The notes beneath the pieces are model-generated. The model saw only the letters and a program-made list of their open reading frames with translations, did no database searches and was not told the DNA's origin. A stretch of DNA of 62,545 nucleotides, counting the filler, from Choristocarpus tenellus KU-1152 (taxonomy: Eukaryota; Protista; Phaeophyceae): NCBI GenBank assembly GCA_964200185.2. It is 12 parts of 12 records of this genome, joined end to end, with 100 filler letters (N's around TTAATTAATTAA, not from the genome) between each part and the next. Parts side by side here need not be neighbours in the genome. Positions count along the whole stretch, not along the records: positions 1 to 2,981 come from CAXNAD020023182.1; positions 3,082 to 9,419 come from CAXNAD020008357.1; positions 9,520 to 12,551 come from CAXNAD020022804.1; 9 more parts are not named here. The stretch is one strand, 5' to 3'. Positions within the stretch are counted from its first letter, which is position 1; each line of letters starts with the position of its first letter. The position numbers were made by a program, and so were the translations under genes. Shown piece by piece: positions 1-11,010 of this stretch.

Positions 1-300
1 CAGGGCAGTGTGATTATCGGATTAGGGTTAGGACGACACACACAAGATTTCAGGGGGGGGGGGGGATGGGTAAGATGAATGAAAAATATTTGGGTTTGAT
101 ATGATTTGATGTGGGGGTTGCTCTCCTTATTTTGTTTTTTATTAAGAGTATATGCAGCCTTTGACATTTTGTATCTCTACCCACCCCACCTCCACTCCTA
201 GATCTAAAACACCTCCAACCGTAGCTTATTCCTATCCTGACTCTCTGCTTCCGTCCTTGCTGCTCTCTGCCCCTCCCCTCCCAAACTTCTGCAACCTCAG

Positions 301-2411
301 GATTTCCAGCAGCTGAGATTAAGGGCACTTGTGGCTACAACGGCAGCTGTTCCAGAGGAGTGCGCACTGTACCTGAGCAGCGAGTGCTGGGGCAGTGGCA
401 CGTCTGAGGGCACTAAGCTAGAGGTGATTTTGTACCTTGTTGAAGTTTGACGCACCGTCCCCCAACAGTGCCTACACCTATACACCATGAAACTGCTTTG
501 CCAAACACACTCTTGACATTTTGTAGCCGCTACACCTTTGCTTTCAGCCCTGCAATGTTTCGTTTCTTGTCCCTCCCCTCCCTCATACCCTGTGGCATGA
601 TGCCGTTAGGATGAGGTGTGGGAGAGTTATACCACGGATCTCTGGTAGGTCACCAATATGCCACCAACCTACTTGCAAGTTGTTGCAGACATGGGACTCA
701 TTTTTTAGGAAATTGTGCAAAGCAGACACGGCTCATCTCTTTCCTTGCTAAAGTTCATCTACTCGCTAAAGGCTATCTGCCTCGCTAAAGGTTATCTATC
801 TTGCTAAAGGCTATCTGCCTTGCTAAAGGTCATCTGCCTTGCTAAACGTTATCACAGGAACGTTCTGCATTGACCAATGTGCAATAAAACAAGAGACAGA
901 TGATTTGGCCATGGTACCCTTTCCTTCCCCTCCACCCCCTGGACTGGAGCACCATCACATGCAATCAAGTCCCAACTGTGCTAGTTCTAAACTCTTTATT
1001 TCATGACATCAACAGTTTGCTGCACCTTCAATGCACAAATCCTCTTTTCCTTTTTTTTTTTCTATTCAAGATTCTGGACATCATGGTTGGGGCTGCGCAA
1101 GAGCTGGCAGGGTACAGAGGCAAACAAGAAAGTTGTTCAGCAGGAAACGGAGCTGGGAGGGGGACGACGGGTGCAGGCAGTCTTCTACAAGAGGTTCGAG
1201 GTACGTCACAAAGGTCTTCAAGACTGGATGGCAGGAACAAGGTCGGAGGTCAGCTTAAGGGGAAGGGGGACGGTGTAGGACAGGCAATGGTCAGCGGAAT
1301 GGGTGCCGGGGGGGGGGGGGACCTGCGGACCCGACGGTGGGGATATCGCCGAGGCCCCAAACCACGTGTGATCCGCAACCGGTTTGGGAGGGTGGCACCT
1401 GTGTTTTTCTACTCCCTGATGCAGGTGTGTGTGTATTTGTGTGCATTTTTCGGTGCCTGGCTTTTGAATTGTCTGTAGCATTGTCTGTTACGCTTTTTAC
1501 AAGTTGGTCCCCTCGGGGAGGAATTGGCAAGGAAAGGACATGAGGAGTCTTTGGGCGCTTACAAGGTAGAGTTTTGACTGGGTACTTGATTTGGAAACCC
1601 AGATTGGCTGGCGATTGTATGATCCATGGACCCTTGAAGTGTTTTCGCTGCCTTTGATACTATGAATATGTGCTTTTGGTGATGGTGGAGGGAACTTGAT
1701 TTCATGGTCTGTTCAACCTTCGACTGTTACCCACCCATACATCGACTGCTTGGTAGAATGTGTGGAGACTGTTATTCAGGGTCTAGGATGAGGTGAAAGG
1801 TGAATGATAAATGCTAAGTGAGGAGGATCACATAAGTGCTCTGGAGGTTCCATGAGACTGGAGCTTGAATGGTGGTGTAGCGTTAGTATTGTATGTGGGA
1901 TTTTTTTTTTCATAGCATGAGTGAATCATCACAAATGGTGCTTGATACAAGCACATCGAGCAACTCTTCTATACAAGCCCCCTCCCCCCTCCCCCCTCCC
2001 CCCTCCCCCCAACATTTCACCTTCTAATTCTTCTCCCACTTCTTGCCCCTGAGACTATGCCTCTTCATCTTGGGGCTCAATTCTGAACTTGCTCACACTT
2101 TCCACTTTGTAGGGGTTGATGGAGAGGCTTCATGCCGCAGTTGGCTTGGGTGAAGTAACTGAGAGAAGAGGGTCGAGAATGTTCCAATCTGAGGGTGCGA
2201 GGGGGGGGGGATTGGTGCCACTCCCACATTCAGAGGAGGGACTGCCTCCCAAGCCCTCCGCCCTGCTAATCAGCCGCCTTCTCCATACCTTGACATGCCT
2301 GGTGGAACTGTGTGGGCACTGTCCGGGAACTGCTGCACTTGCATCCGATCTGCTGGGATTTGCATGGCTACTTCGGAGTGAGGCTACAGGGCAGAATAGG
2401 GAGCTACAGCG
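301..2411 (+). CDS. TELO2: Telomere length regulation protein TEL2 homolog (TTT complex), internal/C-terminal exons, partial: 301-423, 1071-1424, 2113-2411
   Basis: Three AG/GT-bounded exons splice in frame to DFQQLRLRALVATTAAVPEECALYLSSE...KLE|ILDIMVGAAQELAG...TRRWG...NRFGRVAPVFFYSLMQ|...LISRLLHTLTCLVEL...LASDLLGFAWLLR. These match, in order, the recalled TELO2 blocks (LRQRALVA; ILDVLTLAAQEL; RF..VAG.FFFPL; LGRLAHTL...LLEFVWALR). Confidence 0.85.
745..853. repeat. Tandem repeat, about 19-bp unit x ~6, in a TELO2 intron
   Basis: Units TTGCTAAAGTTCATCTAC / TCGCTAAAGGCTATCTGCC / TCGCTAAAGGTTATCTATC / TTGCTAAAGGCTATCTGCC / TTGCTAAAGGTCATCTGCC / TTGCTAAACGTTATC. Confidence 0.9.
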
Positions 2412-2981
2412 GTGAGACAGTCGTTTTCGTATTGTGCAGTAGGAACTACTGGAGGACTGAACAGGGGGACATTGTACACTAAATGGGGTTGTAAACTTGT
2501 TTAGTGTGATGGTGTTGTGCGAGAGTTTATCCCTTCCTACATGTGTGCGCAAAAAGCCAGGCAAGGTGGTGTAATGGTGACGTTTTTTCTGTGCAGTTGC
2601 TCTAGCAGGAGGGAATAGCCTTGTCCGTGAGCTATCCGATACACTGTCTTCACTATCTCGATTGTATTCCCATGCTTTGAGGTACTGCTTTGATGAGATA
2701 CACACAAATATGTGCAGATTCAAGCTTCGAAGGAGATCAAAACACATTGCTTTGACCTTCATGGACTAGCATACCAATGTGTGTGTGTTCGTGTGTGTTA
2801 TGTGTGTTATGTGTGTTACATCCTTTGGGAGGGAGGAGAACGGACATGAGATGGAAGGATCGTTCCTTCATCTTGTACAATAGTCTTGTGGAGGCAGACT
2901 GCAACCCCCCCCCCCCCCCCCCACATACAACCGAAAAAAAAACCAAAAAAAAAGAACGTTTGTGCCCGAAAAACAACGGCA

Positions 2982-3081
2982 NNNNNNNNNNNNNNNNNNN
3001 NNNNNNNNNNNNNNNNNNNNNNNNNTTAATTAATTAANNNNNNNNNNNNNNNNNNNNNNNNNNNNNNNNNNNNNNNNNNNN
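2982..3081. other. Artificial contig-joining spacer (first of 11)
   Basis: N44-TTAATTAATTAA-N44 has stops in all six frames. It recurs at 9420-9519, 12552-12651, 17352-17451, 20437-20536, 29917-30016, 33018-33117, 35754-35853, 46576-46675, 49412-49511 and 53611-53710. Confidence 0.98.
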
Positions 3082-3550
3082 CTCGTTGAGTGCCAGAAAT
3101 GGGTTACCTTCTTTCGGAATTCAGAGCCCTTGTTAGCCCCCCCCCCCAATATACTTTGACCCTGCTGTGGGTTACAATTTGGGGAATCGCCGTCAATCCT
3201 AATATAGGTTCAAATGCCACCAATTCCCACTCACTGTCACTCCTCTGTCTTGTGATTACTGCTCCCCCTTTTCCCTGGTCTCCCTTCTAGCCCTTTAGTA
3301 TGACCTATAGCCAATCTGATAGTTCTCTCTCTCTCCACATTTTTGCTTTCACATCTTGCCTGCACACTGTATTTCCCCTTCTACTCGCAAACGACTCATG
3401 CACTTCCATACCATCCATTATCGTCGGGTCCATAATCTGATGCCCTCGCAAGGAAAAAACGTGACCTACCCAGACCAAAGCACAAGACTCTCCTTGGTAC
3501 TCACCACCTGTCGATACATGATTCCGCTTATTCTAGTATAGTCCACAAGT

Positions 3551-3997
3551 GGCTCAAAAGAGTCAAAGTATCTTAGAGGGTAGAGTCGCGTCCGTTTGGG
3601 GACCAAATTCCAATGTTGCGATTTTGATGTAGTTTTGGCTATTGTATTTGTTAGGAAGTGTCAATATCCTTGTTCCGGACACACCTTTCCATAACGTACA
3701 CATTTTCATACTCTGAAACATTTCGCAGTAGGTAAAATGTCGTAAAAACCTGTGGGAAGCCAAGTCCCAAACGGACAAACAGGGCAAAACTCGTATCCTC
3801 TAAGATACTTTCACTCAAAAGTATCTGGGGTGGTGGTGTGGGGGGGTCTAGACGAGGGTGTCCATTCGGGCCCTGACCAAGAGAAAAGTGCACTTACATT
3901 ATCCATCCAACGCTCGCAACCAAATCACCCAAAAATATCGACATGGAAAAATGGTCCCCGAATGGACAGCCGCCCCTCCCCCCAGATACTTTGAGCC
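3551..3997. mobile_element. MITE family B (about 180 bp, G/C-tract TIRs) carrying a nested family-A MITE in its left TIR
   Basis: The left TIR is split as GGCTCAAAA [A element] AAAAGTATCTGGGG; the right TIR is CCCCAGATACTTTGAGCC. AAGT lies on both outer flanks. The body matches 47521-47702 in reverse orientation. Confidence 0.75.
3560..3816 (+). mobile_element. MITE family A (about 255 bp, PIF/Harbinger-Tourist-like)
   Basis: TIRs GAGTCAAAGTATCTTAGAGGGTA...TATCCTCTAAGATACTTTCACTC; AAA on both flanks; multicopy in the window. Confidence 0.85.
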
Positions 3998-4289
3998 AAG
4001 TTCTTGGTCTTCGAACTCGAGGTTGGGTTTATATTTCAACATCACCTTTCTCACAATCCCTACCTCACATGTCTTGATCAAGTTGTCTTGGGTTGGTAAT
4101 TCAAGCCCCATGTACTACTTGTGGTAATGTTGAATAGGCGATGGTATTCCTTGGATTGTACGTACTACGTAACAATTTCTTCGTCGTATTTGCACAACAG
4201 TAAGACGTGATCTCTATCAACTCCTCTATCAACTCCTCCACCATCTCCAACTTCATCAGTCCTGTGTCGAACCAAATTTCCCTCCCTTT

Positions 4290-4543
4290 GAGTAAAAGTA
4301 TCTTAGTTGATACGAGTTTTGCCCTGTTGGTCCGTTTGGGGCTTGGCTTCCAACGTGTTTTTTATTACTTTTTCCTACTCGAAATGTTTCGGAGGAGGTA
4401 AAATGTGTACGTTATGAAAAGGTGCGTCCGGAACAAGGATATTGCCACTTCCTAACAAACACGGTAGCAAATTATATCAAAATCGCATCATTGGATTTTG
4501 CCTCCAAACGGACGTGTCTCTACCCTCTAAGATACTTTGATTT
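4290..4543 (-). mobile_element. MITE family A copy, reverse orientation
   Basis: GAGTAAAAGTATCTTAG...TACCCTCTAAGATACTTTGATTT; TTT on both flanks; body is the reverse complement of 3560-3816. Confidence 0.85.
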
Positions 4544-5536
4544 TTTCCACGACTGATACTCTCCCCACTTCTTTCAACCTCCGCGATATCTCTCTGCTGT
4601 AGAAAGCTCAATCTTTCCTCTTTGTGTACGGCTGCATTAACCTATTAAAACTCAGTCTCTACCCTTCTTACCCCAGGCTTTGCTCCTGTCATGAGACGGT
4701 GCTACACAAACGTTTGAGGTCGGGTTGGGCTCTATCTCTTGCCCACCTTGACACTCCATCAGCTAACCTGTTAAAACCCCTGTACACGTTTTGCCCTAAA
4801 GCACAAAACAAATCTCCTATTACCCGAAGGATTTCTAAAGTCCTCATTAAACCTTCTGCTCTTTGGTCCCTAGCCCCTCCACACGTACTTCATAAACTGC
4901 TGTACCACTTACGTATTGTTCCCCAATAAACTTACTGGGTCACCCTGCCTTTCCACCCTTGTATTCCCACACATTCACAACCATTGCTAGAAGTTCCATC
5001 AAGCTGATTGAGATCGGTCCATCATCCTTACTCACAACACTTCTATTAACACTCTTCATACAATGCTGTGGCAAACAATCCTCCACCATTTCCCTGTCTC
5101 ACTACAATATATCCTCATATTGCACATCCATATATGAAGCATATGAGAATTAGGTCCTCACCAAAGGGTGAATCACGAAGATCAGAAACAGTGGTGTCAT
5201 ACTTACCCCCTCGGTTGCTAAACCCCAATCTACTATCCAACGTCAATATTTCGCATCTGGCAAAATCTCATGGCCTGTAGAAATCCTTTTTGTTTCATTT
5301 CTGTTTCCCGACAACCTCTCCTCTTCCTTTCTAAAACCGGACTCCTTCTTGGGAAAAACCTGACAACTATACCAACCTCGATAAAAACAATATTTGTGCC
5401 CGTATTATATAGTCCAAATAAGAACAACGAAATCATTTATTTAAGCAATCAAGACCAACAATATGCTATTATTGCAGGTAGAACAAAGGGAAGGGGAACG
5501 GTGTGATGTAAGTTACAAATATATTACTTCGAAGTA

Positions 5537-5776
5537 TACTATTATGCCCTCTTACATTTTGGAGGTGTTTCATGGAAACAGATGCCCGTTCCATAGATTT
5601 GAATTCGGCGATAGGGACTCGTATTTCTTGACGCATATTTGTAGCAGGCTTAAGTGTGCCTATTTGTGAGTTGTTCAGAAGGAATCTATTTTCGTTCCTG
5701 AAGTCTTAAAAAGTAAAAATATTATATACGTTCAGTTAGTAATATTATTTTTGGTTTGTACTTTGGCATAATACTA
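5537..5776. mobile_element. Possible short-TIR MITE (family D)
   Basis: TACTATTATGCC at 5537 and GGCATAATACTA ending at 5776 form a near-perfect 12-bp inverted pair. Similar ends occur around 11888-12058. Confidence 0.35.
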
Positions 5777-7822
5777 CCTCTGTGACATAAGTTTGTGCCG
5801 TGAAACATCTGGGCTTGCCGAGCGAGAACGGCACCGAATCGGGCGGTAACCCGACAGAATGAAATTGGGTTGACAATCTCAGCTTTCAGAAAAGGTGGGG
5901 GTCGAGGATCATCAGGTACAAACTCGAGGTCCTTCAAGCCGTCAAAGTAGGGGTCTTTTGGGATGATTTTGAGGCCAGAACTGGGCACGTCGAGGGTCAG
6001 AACGTTGGCATCACAATCCCCCTGTCGACCCTCCCTTGTAGGAAGGGTACCCAAGTGTCCCTGAGTACCAGGGTTGCTCTTGCAGTGCAGCACGCCCTCG
6101 TGGTGGTCCCTGGTGAGCATAAACTGCAGTGACACGTTGGGCCGGCCCTTGCAGTGGAGTTTGGTGTGTCCGAGTGGTGCAGTTAATGAGAGAAGGCTGG
6201 GGTCTCAAGTCAGCCTAGCATATTTGGGTAGTACCAGGGAATGGAAGAATTATGCTTGGATACTGGCTTGAAACCTCACACCCAACCTGTATGCAGTAAG
6301 AAAAATCATCTATCTGCCTACACATTTTGGATACTTCAAGTCATCCTCTTCTGTTATGTTCTCGAAAAAAGCGTAGTAGTGAACGACGCACACTTCTAGA
6401 TCTTTACAGGAGCCTTAGGAAGACAGTTGGTTAGGTGTATGTACCCAGTGCTGGAGGGCAGCCGAGCATGGTTGTCGAAAGTCAATGGTGTTCGCTCAAT
6501 AAAGTGAGAAGTACCACTGTGTCCATCTATTGCCCGGTGCTCATAGTCCTCGCCTCTCTCTCCCCGTCTCCATGTACACACAAGTTTCAGAAACACAAAA
6601 ACAGTCCAAACAGTCCATCTTGCAGACACACCGTTGCAACACAAAGAGCGGTATCTGCACACCTACCTACTATGCACACAGAAAAGTATCTACAAACAAG
6701 CAGCACAGATAGCGTGCACATATTTATAAGTGGAGGACCTCACGGCAGCAGACTGATCCGCTTGCTGTTGAGATGCTGGGGAAGCTTTAATAACATCCGT
6801 CCTTGTGGCAATAATGCTTTACTGTTATTAGTGCACAGTTAGGTGCGAGATAGATACCTCTCGGGAACAAGAGGGCACCCCACAAGATATTGTAACGGCG
6901 AAGTATGGCAACTAGTGGACCTTAATGGTATTTCAAATCGTCCTCACCTTCCCAACACCACATTATGGTCATCCCTTGCACAGTTAGGTCAAGCTAAACT
7001 TCAGCACATCCTTTCGAACCCTCACATGCAATAAACTGATAATTGCTCATCAGTTTAAACAAAAGCCACCAAACGAACTCACACAGTCCAATAGTGCAAC
7101 ACCCTACTACAATTCAAGGTTTTAACTGTTGTGGCACTGGTAGCCAACTCTTGATGCAATGCAATCCAAAATGACATCTCTCCTTCACAACCTGTCTGGA
7201 GTAATTCACGGCACAGTTTGGGAGCAATTTATGTAGTGGAGCGTAGAGCTCAAGCACAGAACCACAAAATATTCTTGGAATGTAAAGATCTCCCCCTTTG
7301 TATCTCCCACTAGAACTGTTCCATACGTTGAAGTGTAATGATACCTTTCCGAAGTACATACATGTGTGAAAGCACATCATCAATAGAACGTACCAATATG
7401 TGATTTTTTTTTCTGTATACTGCATTTTGTAAGAGTTGGTTGTTCATACGCGCCTCTTCCCTATAGCACCTAGGAAAAAGATGCAAACATCCCAAGGCTT
7501 CTTATCCTTCCATCCCTTCCGGCGTGAAAAACGAACAATTATTGATGCAGTCCAACCTCTGTGCTGGAAACGAACATGCCCTGACTTCCGTACAAGAAGA
7601 AACCTTCCCCACGTGGAACAGCACTTTGATTCGTTGGTGAGAATATGAGCAGACACAAACGTTCAAGAAACGCTTAGCAAATCGCAAATATAATGGGGAG
7701 CGTCTCAGTGTACACATGCGCGCGCGCGCGCATGTGTACATTTGAGTGAGACATTCTCCATCATGCCGCAGTAGTCATAGCACCACACTGCTTCCCCTTC
7801 AGCATCACCCATCCAGTACACC

Positions 7823-9342
7823 TCAGACACGGATGGAGATGAAAAGGTCGCCACCACCTGTCCTCCCTACCCTCAACAAATCATCCACGTAGGTAGTATC
7901 AAAGTATGCCTGGCTGTTTTCCGACCCCCTCTTCTTGTTCTGTCCCCTCCCAAAGCCGTCTCCCACCCAAGACCCAGCCAAGGAGGAAGAGGAGGGAATG
8001 TCGAAACCCAGGGGGGGCAAGGAGTCCGATACATTGCGGCCGAACAACGAACAAGCCTGCGCAGAAGTATCCAAAACCACGGTTAGCTAAAAGGTAGACC
8101 GGAGAGTGAGAAGGAATTGTTGGGGGGAGGGGGGAGCGTGGATTGCTCCCCACAGACAGCAAAGCTACATCAGCATGCTACCATTTTTTTTCTTCTTTTA
8201 GTGTTGTTGAAAGGGGTTTACCTGCAGGGAGACACATCTCTTTTGTTTTGAGTCAGTAAGTACTCAAGAGTACTTTTCAAAAACCCTAAATAAAAACCCT
8301 GGTGGGGGGGCGAAAACACTGGGAAGATCCCCCCGCTGAACGTTTTGAAATATCCTATCAAAAAGTATTGCTGTTGGAAGTACGGGGTAGATAACATATT
8401 GTAATTTTTTATTTATTAATAAAGAGGGTGGGTGGGTGGGGGGGAGGGTCCCAGCAGCACTAACCATGACACAGAGGAATCTGCNNNNNNNNNNCTATGT
8501 GGTTTTGAGTCAGTAAGTACTTAAGAGTATTTTTCAAAAACCGGAGGGGGGGGGCCGGGTGGGGGGGAGGGTCCCAGCAGCACTAACCATGACACAGAGG
8601 AATCTGCTCATTTTATTGTTGATGCCTCCAGTGTGTTGTGTCTTTTGAGGGTATGAAATTTAAACTTGAGCGTCGCACCAGATCATCATCGTAAACAATC
8701 TTTAAAAAATCTTTTTCATAGACCAAGAAAGCAGCAGTAGTTCGGAAAGGCTCAGTGGTTTTGGTAGATGGGGAGAGGCAGTCATGGCCATGAAAGTACA
8801 AAAATTAGATGCACTCTCTGATAAATTAAAAACACACATGCACACACATGCGGATTTCCAATAGTGGCAGCCATCATGGACTGTACAGCTCCAATGGTGA
8901 GAAATATCATGACCTGCGAAGAGATATAGATCCCCTTACCCTAACCCTAACCCTCCAGAAGTAGAGATCACACTACTACCACTACCAAGTTTTATACGGA
9001 TAAATAAAAATAACGCACAAGATCAACAGGGCGCAGAATGTTTATGATTGGCAACAATCACCAGGTCAACACCAACCCTGAATTCGACTTGGAGATGCAC
9101 TACATCATTCAACTATTGTATCACAACTCGGTAGATAATAATAGTGAGGGGGGGGGGGGGGGGTAAAAAAAGTGAAGAAAACGTCTATTGGGTAGGTAGG
9201 TAGTAAGGTGAGTGGGGGGAACCAAAAAATCAAATCTTTAAAATGGGCACGTATGTCCCTTGGTTTCCCCCACCTGAAATTCTGTGCGACGGAATCGTAG
9301 ATCTATTCTACATTCAGAGGAAGGCGTTGTCTCCAGCTTCAC
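7823..9342 (-). CDS. Plastid lipid-associated protein (PAP/fibrillin family), last two exons: 9342-9274, 8056-7823
   Basis: Exons give VKLETTPSSECRIDLRFRRTEFQ|ACSLFGRNVSDSLPPLGFDIP...AYFDTTYVDDLLRVGRTGGGDLFISIRV*. The C-terminal F-D-T-T-Y-x-D-x-x-L-R-x-x-R-x-x-x-G-x-L-F motif is the fibrillin signature; splice sites are canonical and phase 0. Confidence 0.8.
8245..8607. repeat. Near-duplicated segment on both sides of a 10-N gap (8245-8484 vs 8502-8607)
   Basis: Both copies start GTTTTGAGTCAGTAAGTACT and end GGGTCCCAGCAGCACTAACCATGACACAGAGGAATCTGC; the first is about 134 bp longer. Probably an assembly overlap or two alleles. Confidence 0.8.
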
Positions 9343-10661
9343 CTGTACATAAGCAAGGCAAGGCAAGGCAAGTTAAGTCAGGGAAGGGTGATGGAGGGTG
9401 GCAGGGGAAGGGAGGGAGGNNNNNNNNNNNNNNNNNNNNNNNNNNNNNNNNNNNNNNNNNNNNTTAATTAATTAANNNNNNNNNNNNNNNNNNNNNNNNN
9501 NNNNNNNNNNNNNNNNNNNCAACCTCTCTTCATTGGCTCTACTGTCACTATCTTTCCCTCCCTCCCTCCCCCCCCCCTCCCTCTTTATAAATACAAAAGT
9601 GCTAGATCGAGCAAAATAGCATATTGTTTATATATATCCCCTCCTCAATTTAAATACATCTATTTCCACCCCCAGGTTCAACTCGAAACTATCGGAGACG
9701 TTCGTGGCATACGACCATAACCATATGCATAAACCCATCTCACTACCCACACTATTCTGCTCTGAACTCCCCTCCTCCCGTCATTATCTCGAACTGATTA
9801 TATTGCTATTGGGCACAATACAATGTGCTCCTGCTATTACCTTATTTCACTGTGGCCACTGGTTGCTAATGCTTGTAGCAAGGATGACAAGGTATACTCC
9901 CAAGAAAACAATAATACATTATAGCCCCAATTTTGTCTTTCTTGGCAAATCATCCAAGCTACCACCCTATAATGTAACCTACTATGGTAGACTTTCACCC
10001 TTAAGTCAAAAGGGTAACCCAGCTCGTAAGCAAAGTGTTGTAAGCTACGATAAATCGTCCCCCCCACCCCCTCCTTGATTGGCATGCCCTGATTAACCTG
10101 CTTTTTGTCACAATAAGATACTCTCGCACTATCGATTTCTTTTGCTTTTGCTGTCGCCCTTTGTTATCAATGCTTGTATCAGGGAAGACAATGCCTACTG
10201 TCCCTTCTTGCTCTTATCCGCAAGTCCCAATTTCGTGGCATTCGCTCCACCTACTATCCCACCCGACCAAGTGCCCTCATCTACCACTCCGAATATCTAT
10301 ATACAGTTTTTTTTTTCTTATGTCAAGTTCTATCGTAGCGTGTAGCTAAAGCTGCATAAAGGCTATGCTATGTACAGGACACTTGATTCAAAGGGTGTCT
10401 ATATCCCTAGTACCCATCCCATTACTGACCTTGAATCCTCCACGTGTGACCCTTTCTCGAAGTAGCCACCTCCATACCATCCTGCAATGAGCCCTCACCG
10501 CTCGATTTCGTCCCTCATGACTTAGGGCGAACAATATATTGGCGGCAGGAACAGCGCACTCATTCTACATCGCTGACCGATATAGACCTGATATCTGCAC
10601 CAGCTCTAATTCTCAACGTGTTATATCTGACTGGCAATCACTCTACAATTGACCTCAACCG

Positions 10662-11010
10662 TATTTGTCCCATAAGTCTGTTCCTTTATGCATGTAACTC
10701 TTCGGGATGGCCTCCGATTTCAAAACAGATTTTTGTATTGGATTTCTTGACAATTTTTGGCATTAGAATGCCTTTCCTCGCTTTCACTCAACCCCGTCAA
10801 TTCACCATTTCAGTGCCTTCTTATGGGCCTATGCCCGCCGAACCTCTGTTCCATATTTTCTGACCAACTTAGGGATATATATTTTCAAATATAACTCATT
10901 TTACGTAAAATCTTCCGAGGAAATCCAACATAAAAATCTGTTTTTTGAAATCGGAGGTTATCCCGAAGAGGTACATGCATAAAGGAATAGATTATGGGGC
11001 AGAGGGAGTA
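10662..11010. mobile_element. Stowaway-like (Tc1/mariner-derived) MITE with about 80-bp inverted arms
   Basis: The left arm CCCATAAGTCTGTTCCTTTATGCATGTAACTCTTCGGGAT...GGATTTC pairs with the right arm GAAATCC...ATCCCGAAGAGGTACATGCATAAAGGAATAGATTATGGGG. The right end CAGAGGGAG-TA is the Stowaway terminus, followed by a TA run. Confidence 0.8.

Noticed and set aside
745-853. 19-bp repeats as CRISPR or iterons
   Set aside because: Head-to-tail degenerate minisatellite inside an intron.
1-2411. Functional link between TELO2 and the TTAGGG seed at 21-32
   Set aside because: Such seeds occur on most contigs in the window; the co-occurrence is uninformative.
3026-3037. Recurrent TTAATTAATTAA motif as a biological repeat
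   Set aside because: Always centred in exactly 44+44 N; it is a synthetic six-frame-stop linker.
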